The position numbers were made by a program, and so were the translations under genes. The notes under the pieces are model-generated. The model had not been told where the DNA came from. It saw only the letters and a list, made by a program, of their open reading frames with translations, and did not search any database. From Marsupella aquatica (lineage: Eukaryota > Plantae > Marchantiophyta), in the NCBI GenBank assembly GCA_973895155.1, contig OZ316895.1, forward strand, positions 7,676,184 through 7,740,183: 64,000 nucleotides of DNA, in the 5' to 3' direction. Positions 43,537-54,529 of the stretch are shown piece after piece (position 1 is the stretch's first letter; each line of letters begins with the position of its first letter).

Positions 43537-45764
43537 ATGGCAGGGAGAGGGCGGTGGAGGGCTGGAAATGGCGTTTGGATGTCAGGTCTGCATGCATTGA
43601 AGAACGGGAGGCGAACAGGGATGGCCACGCTGGCTTACGATGAGATTCTGGTTCCGGAAAAGGCGTCGGAGGGGATGACAAATGTCCTGTTCTTGCATGG
43701 GCTACTCGGCTCCGGCAAAAATTGGCGATCTTTTGCCAAAAGTCTAGCATCCAGTGCCCTTGAGCAGAGTCCTCCAAATTCTCCAGGTTGAGCTCGATAT
43801 TAATTCGCTCCGGGGTTGACTCGGTCCCTCAGTCTACGTTCATTCTCTCCGTGTTGCCGCTTACTTCTTGTGTGCTTAACTTCTCCTATCTTGATTTCAA
43901 GTTGCCTATGTCATCAGTTGATCAATTAGGGAGAATTTTATACTCGACCGATTCTTAATCAATGTTCAGGTGGGTTCATAATTTCTTATCTGTTGTTCGA
44001 TTCACTCAATAGAAATCTTTCACTCAATAGAAATCTACCCATAGCTTTTCTGATTCAAACCCTGTCATTGGTCGTTACTGTCTCACAACTCACCTTTACC
44101 TTCATGTGAGAATCCTGTCAACAACACAACTTAACAATTCCTTGTCGCGAATTCTCCAGTCCGTCATGTAAGAGCATGATTGGAAATAGGGCTCTCTTGG
44201 AGTTGAATTAGCTATCGTTAATGGTACTCCGTGAACTGTTCAGCCACTATTTCCAATCATTAAAACTTGTATCAGTTGATTCTCTTGCGAAGGGTTTCGT
44301 ATGATATTAGTCGATCTTCGGAATCATGGGAATTCAGCCAGCCTGCAAGGTTTTGTCCCGCCGCACGACATGCGTGCTGCTGCACGAGATGTAGCAGAGC
44401 TTATCAAATCGAGTTCTTGGGGCTCGCCTGAGATGGTCATATCACACTCGATGGGAGGAAAGGTTGCTCTGGAGTTTGGCCAGAAAAGTGCACTAGGCGA
44501 GTATGGAGGTGTCGCCGCGCCCAAACAGGTGCTATTCTCCTGATTTGAAACACAGACAAAAATATTGTGCAAATAACAGACCGTGCAATATTCACCCATG
44601 AAATTTGTTTTCCATAGGTCAATCTTTTGAAATTTGATCTTGTGAGAAGATGTCCTGAGTTTGTCTAAACAGGTCCCTTTAGTTGACTAGGAATTGGGTA
44701 CGTATCAGGGATGAGAGTGGATTGGGAGGTTGAGCGATCACAGGCAGGCTGACATAGTTGGAGGGAGCAGCAGGGAGAGGAGGGGATAGCAAGGATATTA
44801 ATGACCTCTACCACATGGTCCGCAACAGCTGTGGATACTGGACTCTGCGCCTGGGAAGGTACCTATGCGAAATTCCGAGGGTGAAGTTGAGAAGGTTCTC
44901 TCCACTATTCAGTCCCTTCCAGATCCTCTCCCATCACGCAGGTAAATGACTTGTTATTTGATTCTGTCATTCCATCTTTCTTGGTGTTGTCACCGCTTGG
45001 ATTTTCATAGATAGGATGATTCTTGCAGAATTATATTGTGGATTTGTCATTTGTCATTCAGATGGTTAGTGGACCACATGTCCGCGGCAGGATTTTCAAA
45101 AGGCCTGGCAGACTGGCTGGGTAGTAATTTGAAGAGAGTTGAGACCTCTGGAGAGGAGATGACTTGGATCTTCAATCCTAAAGAAGCTCATGATATGTTT
45201 ATGTCGTATGGGTAAGCTCTCTCCTCTCTCTGTTATTTGAACTGTTTGGTTGAGTGAGAACAACATATTCCTTCCGCACCCAGTGCCTTTCTACTTCATA
45301 TGACGAGCTGCCTCATCCTTAACAGGCAAAGAATTCATTAGTAGCGCCTCATCCTTAACAGGCAGAGAAGAATTCATTAGTAGCGCGTATGAGTTGTGGG
45401 AAGTTATATCCCCAAATGATCAGGCGTTCACAGCTTAACTGCATTCTAATCTATGCACTTTGGAAGAGTCCAACGTTTTGCTGAGCACTTTCTACCAATT
45501 GATGCCTGCAGCGAATCGGATTATTGGTCTGTTTTGGAATCTCCTCCCAAAGGAATGAACATTGGCATGGTTCGTGCTGCCAAGAGTGATCGATGGACTC
45601 CTGACATTGTCTCGAACTTAGAGAGCTTATCAAATAGATCTGGAGCAAAAGGAGGAAGAGTGTCGTACCATATTCTGGAAAATGCTGGGCATTGGTTACA
45701 TATAGATAATCCTAAAGGCTTGTGTAATATTTTAGTCCCACCTCTTGTCAAAGCTGCAACTTAG
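43537..45764 (+). CDS. ABHD11: ABHD11-like alpha/beta-fold hydrolase, ~333 aa, 5 exons, probable organellar targeting peptide
   Basis: Exons 43537-43786, 44293-44528, 44829-44941, 45062-45211, 45512-45764, GT-AG and in frame (1002 nt). Motifs: LAYDE, LHGLLGSGKNWRSFA, VDLRNHGNS, nucleophile elbow SHSMGG, LWILDSAPG, WLGSNLK, NAGHWLHIDNPKGL. Arg-rich N-terminus. Confidence 0.92.
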
Positions 45765-47388
45765 AATTACAATGAGAGGTTGTGGGGCACCAAGTAAGAA
45801 CTTTATGGTGGCTTTCTTGGTTTTTTTCCCACGGGTAAATGTCAATGACTTCTCCATATACAAAGTTTTGTGAGTACAACTGTTTCTCGACCGCACTCCC
45901 AGGAGTTGAAACTAAGTAACGTTGTGCTGAAGAGAATTAGGTGAAAGGTGCTCAACGGCGTAGTGGATCATGAAGGGAGCCTTATCAAGGTGCGCATCAC
46001 CAGAGAAACATGCCCGGGGTCCTCTGCTCCCTTGACTTTAACAAACACCGCTTTGCAAGAATGGTAAAAACAAATTAAAGCAGGGACCGCTCTTATGAAA
46101 GAAAATGTTCAAATTGTTCAAATTTCCTACAATTTGGTGTATACAGTGACTATTGGCATGCTCCACTGTCCTTGCAATCCACAGGCAGAAGCAATCCCGC
46201 CAAGCTCCTGGTTTGAAATGCAATGCAGATGAAAGAAATAGTTCTTCCTCCACATCCCAGTAGTGGAATCAATATAACCCTATACGATTGATGAAAACCC
46301 AAACCGGTGAATCAAAGGAACTCAATATATCTACTTCGAGGATTTTTACGAGTAGCAGCGAACTTAGTTCAGTAGTGCAAACAAAGAAGAAATAAAGATG
46401 CATGTCTTAGTACGTAGCTAGTGTAGGACACCCACGTTTACAATTCGAAATTGGCTTCCACTCCTGAATCAATAGAGCCAAGGTACTCGTTTATTCTGTA
46501 GATTGAGACAGAGACCATTGAGTTGGAGAAAGTTACATATTGATTTAAGATTACCTGGTTAGTGTGTTCTCTATTGTTGAAACAATCTCAGAGCAAAACC
46601 CTACAAGGGAACTTAGAATTCTGGGCTTTGAATTGATCGTCATCAAGTTTTCCTGTATTCACATTTGCACTGAGCACCACTGAATATTCCAAAGCGTTGT
46701 TTAAAACGACATGTAAAATCCCGGAATTTCCCAACACCCATTCCGTTCAGTCATCATTAGCAACAAGAAGTTCCATCTCGTAACGCGGTTATTGCCTCTG
46801 ATCTTAGGTTAGCCGTCATGACGTAAAGTAATTGGCTAGGTGTTACCATTACCTCCTCCAACCATTACCTCCTCCAACTCCACTTGTACCACAACGCTGC
46901 CCTATAATCAATTGTATTCATACTTTGAATAGTGAATATGACTCCTCGAGCATAAAGTATCGAGGCATGGAGTCATCGGAGGACGCACGAAGGAAGAAAC
47001 CAGTAGGGGAAACTCGAAGCACAGACACGACCAGCAGATCCCATAGAGAGCCAACATTCTCACAGTTTGAGCTCTGATAGCAACGATCCAAGAAGGCGAA
47101 TTAAGAAGAATAGCACGATCCAACAAAGCGAATTAAGAAGAAGATTCTTGGGGAGTACACCAGCCGAGATCCCCACAGGATTACCAACACTCTCAGAAAT
47201 ACTCTGGGTCAGAAACTCTATCGATGGGAGAATTCAATCATCGACTTTATTATATAAATTCCCTCACAACTAGACTGTCCAATGCCATGGAGAGATTCGC
47301 AAAATTCTCAGGAGAACTACTTGAAGGCACTCCTTAACAACTAAACCGACAGCATGTAGTGTCAAAAAATACAGGGATGACATTAACG

Positions 47389-50300
47389 TCACTGCCTTTG
47401 AGATCGTTTCATAAACATTGAGATGAAAAAACCCAATGACATAGTCAAAACCGGCAGAACAACGGTAGTAACATTTGCCGTCATGTGCTTTCGCTCAAAG
47501 TCTGACTGGGTCTTAAGTTTGGCCATCTCTTCAGTCAAAGATCCACTGTTTTCAGTCATGGCCCCCAATTGAGTCTGCAGTGCGGATGCCCTCTCTTCGG
47601 CCAACCCAAGTTTCTTCTCCAGGTCTTGAACTAGTGAATCGCTGCTCTCAAACTTTTTCCTTGAGATTTCAAGGTCAGATAACAATTGAGCGGCTGCTTC
47701 TTGAGCTGATACAAGTTGCTTGTTCAGTTCTGAATGACTTAGATCTCCGCTCTGAACTTTCTCTTCGAGACCCTGCAGTGTTTCCTGCAGTGACTTGGCC
47801 TCTGAACTGAATTCTGTATGCTTTGCTTGTGCTTCTGAAAGAGCAGATTTCAAGGATTCTGCCTCACGTACTGCGCCTTTTGCTTGAGTTTGATGGTGGA
47901 TGAGCAATTCCTCGAGCTTGATAGACCTATCCTGAACTTCCTTTGCAGTGCACTCGGCCTGATCCTCAGTAATCTTCAACTTATGCTCAAGTTCCCTTTC
48001 TCGTTTTTGAGCAGCACTGAGCTCCTTTTCGAGCTTGGCCAACTTCAAATTTAACTCCTGCAAGCTTTCAGAGTTCTTGGCCGTCTCCACCATCGACTCG
48101 TCCAGATGTGACTTAGTTAACTGTAACAAATCGCCGGCTTCTTTTAGCTTTCCTTCATATACAGCAACCAAACCTTCTAGCTCAGACACCTTCCCTGCGT
48201 GCTGGATGACATTGTTTTCATGTTGTTGTGCAGCACTCTCATGCTGCCTCGCCTGTTCTTCAGCAAGCTTCAGCTTCTCTTCCAACTGCGATAGCTGTTC
48301 TTCAGTTTCCTTCAACGTTTCTGAAGTCTTCGAGCCAGCTTCGACCTTTCCTTGGAGTAAGTCAACCTCATCCTGTAAGGAAACAACAGCCTCCTTGTAT
48401 CCCACGAGATTGCCTTCATGAAAAGCCACTAAATCCTGTTGTTCGATTAACTTGCTTTCGGAACTTCTCTGCTGCTCTTTGCCTTGTGCGATTTCAGCTT
48501 GCAATGATTGAACAGTGTCTTCATGAGCCTTGGACTGCTCCTCATGACTAGCGACCAAACTTTCCAGCTCCACCGACCTAGTAGAATACTTACTGGCAGT
48601 TTCCTCGTGAGACTTTGCTGCAGCCTCATGTTCATGGGCTTTTGCAGCAGTCTCCTTCAATTCACATTCCACAGCTGCCAGGTTTTCTTGCAGTGATTGC
48701 AAAGTTTCTTCTTGAGCCTTTGATTTCTCCTCATGACTAGCGACCAAACTTTCTAGCTCCACTGACCTACTAGAAAACTTGCTGGCAGCCTCCTTGTGAG
48801 ACATTGCCGCAGCCTCATGATCATGGGCTTTCCCAGCAGTCTCCTTCAATTCACGTTCCACAGCAGCAAATTTCTCTTGCAATGATTCCAAAGCTCCTTC
48901 TTGAGCCTTGGATTTCTCCTCATAACTAGCGACTATTTCTTCCAGCTCCGTAGACCTACTCGAAAACTTGTTGGCAGTCTCCTCATGAGACTTTGCTGCA
49001 GCCTCATAGTCATGGGCTTTCCCAGCAGTCTCCTTCAATTCACGCTCCACAGCTGCAAGTTTCTCTTGCAGTGATTGCACAGCTCCTTCTTGAGCCTTGG
49101 ATTTCTCCTCATAACTAGCGACTATTTTTTCCAGCTCCATTGACCTCCTCGAAAATTTATTGGCAGTCTCCTCATGAGACTTCGCTGCAGCCTCATAGTC
49201 ATGGGCCTTCCCAGCAGTCTCCTTCAAATCACGTTCCACAGTTGCAAGTTTCTCGTGCAGTGATTGCAAAGCTCCTTGTTGAGCCTTGGATTTCTCCTCA
49301 TGACTAGAGACTGTTTTTTCCAGCTCCGTTGACCTACTCGAAAATTTATTGGCAGTCTCCTCATGAGACTTCGCTGCAGCCTCATAGTCATGGGCTTTCC
49401 CAGTAGTCTCCTTCAATTCACGTTCCACAGCTGTAAGTTTCTCTTGAATTGATTGCAAAGCTCGCTCTTGAGCCTTGAATTTCTCCTCATAACTAGCCAC
49501 TATTTTTTCCAGCTCTGTTGACCTACTCGAAAACTTGTTGGCAGTCTCTTCCTGAGACTTCGCTGCAGCCTCATAGTCATGGGCCTTCCCAGCAGTCTCC
49601 TTCAACTCACGTTCCACAGCTGCAAGTTTCTCGTGCAGTGATTGCACAGCTCCTTCTTGAGCCTTGGATTTCTCCTCATAACTTTCGACTATTTTTTCCA
49701 GCTCTGTTGACCTACTCGAAAACTTGGTGGCAGTCTGCTCGTGAGACTTTGCTGCAGCCTCATAGTCATGGGCTTTCCCAGCAGTCTCCTTCAAATCACG
49801 TTCCACAGTTGCAAGTTTCTCTTGCAGTGACTGCAAAGCTCCTTCTTGAGCCTTGGCTTTCTCCTCATAACTAGCGACTATTTTTTCCAGCTCCGTTGAC
49901 CTACTCGAAAACTTGTTGGAAGTCTCCTCATGAGACTTCGCTGCAGCCTCATAGTCATGGGCTTTCCCAGCAGTTTCCTTCAATTCACGCTCCACAGCTG
50001 CAAGTTTCTCTTGAATTGATTGCAAAGCCCCTTCTTGAGCCTTGGATTTTTCCTCATAACTAGCGACTAGTTTTTCCAACTCTGTTGACCTACTCGAAAA
50101 CTTGTTGGCAGTCTCCTCATGAGACTTTGCCGCAGCCTCGTGCTCCTGGGCTTTTACAGCCGTCTCCTTTAATTCAACTTCGAGAGATGCAACATTCTCC
50201 TGCAGTGATAGGACAGTTTCTTCGTGAACCTTGAGTTTCTCCTCGTGACCGGCGACCAAATTTTCCAGCTCTGTCGACCTACTCGAAAACTTGTTGGCAG

Positions 50301-51543
50301 TCTCCTCATGAGACTTTGCCGCAGCCTCGTGCTCCTGGGCTTTTACAGCCGTCTCCTTCAATTCACCTTCCAGAGATGCAACATTCTCCTGCAATGATAG
50401 GACAGTTTCTTCGTGAACCTTGAGTTTCTCCTCGTGACCGGCGACCAAATTTTCCAGCTCCACTGACCTACTCGAATACTTGTTGGCTGTCTCTTGATGA
50501 ACCTTTGCCGCAGCCGCGTGTTCCTGGGCTTTCACAGCCGTCTCCTTCAATTCACCTTCCAGAGATGCAACATTCTCCTGCAGTGATCGAACAGTTTCTT
50601 CGTGAACCTTGATTTTCTCCTCGTGACTAGCGACCAAATTTTCCAGCTCCACTGACCTACTCGACAACTTGCTGTTATTTTCCTCATGGGCCTTTGCCGC
50701 AGCCTCATGCTCGTGGGCTTTCCCCACAGTCTCCTTCAGTTCAGTTTCGAGACGAGCAATTTTTGCTGTCAATGACGCAGCCTCAGCAGCTGAATCGCTC
50801 GCTTTGGTGCTAGTGTCCGCCAGCCGCGCCTCTTTTGACTTCAATTCTGCGAGATGAGATTCAATTTCAGCCTTCAGCTTCTCTTCAGATTCCTGATACT
50901 TAGCATGGATTGCTGCAAGAGATGCTTCCAGCTCGGTCAATTTTGCTTGCAAGTCTTTGCTTTCTGAGGAAAGCTTCTCCTTCTCCTTCTCCCGGGACTC
51001 TGTATCTAGCTTAGCGGTTCCTATCTCTTTTTCAAAGGAAGCAAGCTTTTCTTCTGCTTCCTTCAGCTTCAATTCTGACTTCCTCGCTGCTCCCTCTGCA
51101 GAGACCACCGTTGACACATTCTCAGCCAATTTCGTTTCAAATCCCGCTAGTCTACTTTCGGTCTCTGAGGCTCTTTGTACCGCCGCATCTCGTGCCGTTA
51201 CCGCTTCCTTCAATCTTGAATTGAGCTCTTCCACTTGTTGTAACGCAGCCGACGACTTTTCCTCACTAACTTTTGCTGCCTCCGAGGAAGAAGAAGCATT
51301 TCGAGTTAGTTCCTTCACTTTTCGTTCTAGTTCAACGACCTTGGCTTCTGCTACCAGTTGCGCCTCGGTGTGTTCCTTTAAATGCTCTCTCAGCCTCTGC
51401 CCCTTATTTATCTTCTTCTTCAACTTGTCATGATGGACTTCCGTTGAACTCGGAGCCAGTCCACCATTGGCCCCTCCATTAGCCGCAACGTCTCTGTTAG
51501 AATTCCTGCCGCCTGCCACCTTCTCTGACTCCGGATCTGCCAT
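47389..51543 (-). CDS. Long coiled-coil protein with C-terminal membrane anchor and ~12 x 63-aa tandem repeats (1384 aa, single exon; PICC/PICL-like architecture)
   Basis: Uninterrupted ORF with an E/K/A/L/S-rich heptad pattern, repeated SSRSTELEKIVASYEEKSKAQEGALQSLQEKLAAVERELKETAGKAHDYEAAAKSHEETANKF, and a terminal hydrophobic segment with basic tail (VTTVVLPVLTMSLGFFISMFMKRSQRQ*). Confidence 0.9.
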   Translation of the reverse strand: MADPESEKVAGGRNSNRDVAANGGANGGLAPSSTEVHHDKLKKKINKGQRLREHLKEHTEAQLVAEAKVVELERKVKELTRNASSSSEAAKVSEEKSSAALQQVEELNSRLKEAVTARDAAVQRASETESRLAGFETKLAENVSTVVSAEGAARKSELKLKEAEEKLASFEKEIGTAKLDTESREKEKEKLSSESKDLQAKLTELEASLAAIHAKYQESEEKLKAEIESHLAELKSKEARLADTSTKASDSAAEAASLTAKIARLETELKETVGKAHEHEAAAKAHEENNSKLSSRSVELENLVASHEEKIKVHEETVRSLQENVASLEGELKETAVKAQEHAAAAKVHQETANKYSSRSVELENLVAGHEEKLKVHEETVLSLQENVASLEGELKETAVKAQEHEAAAKSHEETANKFSSRSTELENLVAGHEEKLKVHEETVLSLQENVASLEVELKETAVKAQEHEAAAKSHEETANKFSSRSTELEKLVASYEEKSKAQEGALQSIQEKLAAVERELKETAGKAHDYEAAAKSHEETSNKFSSRSTELEKIVASYEEKAKAQEGALQSLQEKLATVERDLKETAGKAHDYEAAAKSHEQTATKFSSRSTELEKIVESYEEKSKAQEGAVQSLHEKLAAVERELKETAGKAHDYEAAAKSQEETANKFSSRSTELEKIVASYEEKFKAQERALQSIQEKLTAVERELKETTGKAHDYEAAAKSHEETANKFSSRSTELEKTVSSHEEKSKAQQGALQSLHEKLATVERDLKETAGKAHDYEAAAKSHEETANKFSRRSMELEKIVASYEEKSKAQEGAVQSLQEKLAAVERELKETAGKAHDYEAAAKSHEETANKFSSRSTELEEIVASYEEKSKAQEGALESLQEKFAAVERELKETAGKAHDHEAAAMSHKEAASKFSSRSVELESLVASHEEKSKAQEETLQSLQENLAAVECELKETAAKAHEHEAAAKSHEETASKYSTRSVELESLVASHEEQSKAHEDTVQSLQAEIAQGKEQQRSSESKLIEQQDLVAFHEGNLVGYKEAVVSLQDEVDLLQGKVEAGSKTSETLKETEEQLSQLEEKLKLAEEQARQHESAAQQHENNVIQHAGKVSELEGLVAVYEGKLKEAGDLLQLTKSHLDESMVETAKNSESLQELNLKLAKLEKELSAAQKRERELEHKLKITEDQAECTAKEVQDRSIKLEELLIHHQTQAKGAVREAESLKSALSEAQAKHTEFSSEAKSLQETLQGLEEKVQSGDLSHSELNKQLVSAQEAAAQLLSDLEISRKKFESSDSLVQDLEKKLGLAEERASALQTQLGAMTENSGSLTEEMAKLKTQSDFERKHMTANVTTVVLPVLTMSLGFFISMFMKRSQRQ
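48500..50750 (-). repeat. 189 bp coding tandem repeat (about 12 units)
   Basis: GACCTACTCGAAAA.TT.TTGGCAGTCTCCTCATGAGACTT.GC.GCAGCCTC recurs with a 189 nt period. Confidence 0.93.
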
Positions 51544-52164
51544 GGATCAATCGTCACGGCACCGATGCAATCAACTGATTCAGAGCAGACCTGGTGGATG
51601 TCCAGTCCCAGGACCACGCCGCACCGACCACCCGTTCTCTATCGTTCAGGAGTCAATGCTAGCACTCTGCTCAGGCCTGGCCACCTTCCGCTTTCACCAG
51701 CACCTTCTCGTGTCCTCTTCGGCACATCTGCAATTCAGATCAAACCAAATGGGAGAGGGAAGAGAGAGCGAACGATTGCTACTGAGGAAGAGAGAGCGAA
51801 TGGCAGAGACAGCGGAAGAGAGAGCTGATGACTGATACAGAGGAAGAAGAGAAAGGGAATGACTTCTGTAGTGAGGCTGCGACTGCTGGTGGCTCCCTCC
51901 TCCTCCTCTAGGCACGTCGCGAGCGAGCTTCCTCTTTGCTTGCCACCCGTTGGAAAAGGCTTCGGTGGTGACATGAAATTGAGCGCATGGAGTGGAAAGT
52001 GACTGGATAATTGTCGTGGTATTGTGTGAGCACGTAGCGAACGATGATAGGTGCACAGTGTCTCCCTTACGCAGGAGTTGAGCCGGCAGTTGAGGGGTTT
52101 AGGGTTTAAAGTTGAAGCTCGGCTAAACCTATGCGCCAACACCATTTGGCCTATACCTGCAAAT

Positions 52165-52473
52165 GTTTTTTCTGCCTTGAAAGCTGAAAATAGACCAATC
52201 CAACAGAGTATTGACCCCCTCCTTTGGAGTATGCACCACTGGAGGGAAGGGGAGGAAGGGGACTGCACCGACAGGGACCCATACCAGGAAGGAAAGAGGG
52301 TTAAATTAGAACCACAAAGTGGCCAGCCAGAGGCTGAAGTGAAACTAGTACTCTCACCACTACACCCCACTTACATAACCACACATACCCTTTACGCTCC
52401 TTGTGTGTGAAGGGGAGATTGAACCTGGAACCTCTCACTTCTAGGCTAATCCCCTGGCCAACCGACCAAAGCC
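52165..52473 (-). mobile_element. tRNA-derived SINE-like element
   Basis: Minus strand head GGCTTTGGTCGGTTGGCCAGGGGATTAGCCTAGAAGTGAGAGGTTCCAGGTTCAATCTCCCC has Pol III A-box-like and B-box-like motifs but no full cloverleaf. The body motif GGGGTGTAGTGGTGAG is shared with ~53650-53735. The 3' boundary is uncertain. Confidence 0.5.
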
Positions 52474-53649
52474 CTTTGCTTCCTATACCTCCAAAGTTGC
52501 AATGGTTTGTAGAAGCCATATTAATAGCTTGATTATTAGTTCATCAAAAGTAAAAAGAAATGAGATAAAAGACCTTGAAAAAACATTCCCTTAGTTCATC
52601 TTTGCCCCAATCCCTGTTTGCACTTTCAAATATTTCCTTAGAGTCACCTTCTAGGGGCTTCACTCTAGACACCATGCCTGAGTAACTTTTAGTTGCAATT
52701 ATATACTTATAAATTTTCATGTATGGCATCCATTACCAATGTTGGTTCAGAGATGTGCTCTGTGAGCTCATGACAATTGTTCAATGGGATCAATTTACAA
52801 AAACAGGCCAGACATAGTAAAATGGAGTAAGAACCAAAGAGGACAGAGAGTACAAACAACAAACTCAAAAGAAGATGACAAATGCAAAAACCAAAAACCC
52901 CCACGAGGGGAAAAAAAGGAGATTGAAAGATTTAAGATAAAGATCTTATAATGTGACCAGCTAATGGTCCATATCTAGTGCCTGAACTGATTCTGCAAGT
53001 GGAACATGAATGTACTCAAGGGGGCAAGCCTATGCTAAAGCAATTGGTCAAACTAAGAGGTTGTCAAACAAGAACTGGGACATGCCAAATTTGACATTAA
53101 TAAGCTGATGTATTTTTTCAGATTCCTGAGGGAAACTAAAGAATTAGTTTCTATGATAATGACAATTGTGCAAACAAGAGGTAGGTCATGACAATTCAGA
53201 AGGGTGGGTTGGCAACATCTGAGTTACCAGACTTGACATGATGTTTGTCGTTGATTAGATGATTTTTTTGTCAAATTCTTGAGAGATTGAAATGACAGTT
53301 TTTATGATCATAACAATTTCTCAAACAAGTTATGTATATTACACTGCCAACAAAACAAATGGCATCCAACCTGGGACCCAATAAGGGGAGAAAATAAGGG
53401 AAAACCTCCAGGAAGAGCAAAGAGTGTCCCTACAAGTCTACTACAGCTGGTTTGTGTCTACCACAGCTGGTTGTTTATCTGGGGAATGCTGAGCTAAAGA
53501 TAAACTAGAAGTGGATTAAGGTTTTTGCAAAGATTGACCTCCACTGGTAAGAAGAAAGAAGGCAAAAAGGTTTCATATCTTGATAACAAGGGAGACAAAG
53601 TACCTTGTGCATTTTTAATAGTGAATTGAAGTAAAGTTTTAAGTTCATT

Positions 53650-53900
53650 GCAGGTGACTAGGGCATTGGGTTTGAAGTTCAAGTCCCATGGGTGTATGGA
53701 GGATAAAGAGTGGTATGGGGTGTGTGGTGAGGAGTCATGTGAGATCCATTCCTTTCCATCGATGGTGTGCGGAGGGTAAAACGAGGATGTGTGGGGTACG
53801 CGGTGAGGAATCATGTTGGATGGGGCCAGGTGCATCTTTGACAACAGCCTTGGGTGTTCATTGGCACGGATATATATCCAGTAGATCCCTTCGTGGAGTG
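53650..53900 (+). mobile_element. Diverged second copy of the SINE-like element
   Basis: B-box GTTCAAGTCCC at ~53677, followed by GGGGTGTGTGGTGAGGAGT resembling the 52165-52473 body. Boundaries are uncertain. Confidence 0.35.
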
Positions 53901-54529
53901 GGTGTCAACAGCCGTTAGTCTAATTTTTGCTCTCCTAGTGTAGGGGCCCACTTAGTGGGTGCATCGTTGACAAAAACCCTTGGTCTAACTATAGAATCTC
54001 CTAGAGTTGGGTCTTGGGTTCTCAATGCGTTGTGTCTGCTAGTGAGCACAGTATTAACATTGCGCTGGCGGTACCACTTTAGCCTTACAAGCTGCTTTTG
54101 GGGGCGAGTAAAGTTTGGTGGGCTCTGGGCTGCCCTTTCTCTTTAAAAAATGTTTAAAATAGTCATAATTGCATTGTGTGCTGCCCCATTGTTTCCTTTT
54201 GGCCCCAAAAACATTATTGTTGACCAATAATGCGAAACTTCCCAACTAGCACAGTTGCAGCCACCCCAATACGAGCTTAGGAAATCATTTACACCCCTCA
54301 CAGCCGTTAGTGTTAGCATCAATTAATGTGAGTGGTTGGTGTTTTCATGAAGAGCCATGGCCCCATGGGGCACCCACCTCCATTGGACAAAAACATTTAT
54401 TTAAAATGCATGATTTTTAGCTTATTTAGGTAACACTAATTCATGAGCATAACCACAATTTGCTTCACTCAAATTTTGTAAGTAGCACTAATTTGTTGAG
54501 TAAAAGTACCATTACTCAACAGTATGGAC

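Noticed and set aside
48500-50750. Regularly spaced repeats as a possible CRISPR array
   Set aside because: The units are contiguous 189 bp in-frame coding repeats with no unique spacers, there are no cas genes, and the context is eukaryotic.
8888-51543. A functional gene cluster (actin, ER contact, autophagy) linking the six genes
   Set aside because: The membrane/cytoskeleton theme is loose, plant gene neighbours are usually unrelated, and the sequence gives no evidence of co-regulation beyond the SABRE/ABHD11 pair.
33868-51835. Many 60-180 aa + strand ORFs overlapping SABRE and the coiled-coil gene
   Set aside because: They are antisense shadows of long real CDSs and show no recognisable motifs.
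52405-52473. Intact tRNA gene
   Set aside because: A/B-box-like motifs are present, but I could not pair convincing acceptor and anticodon stems; treated as SINE-like.
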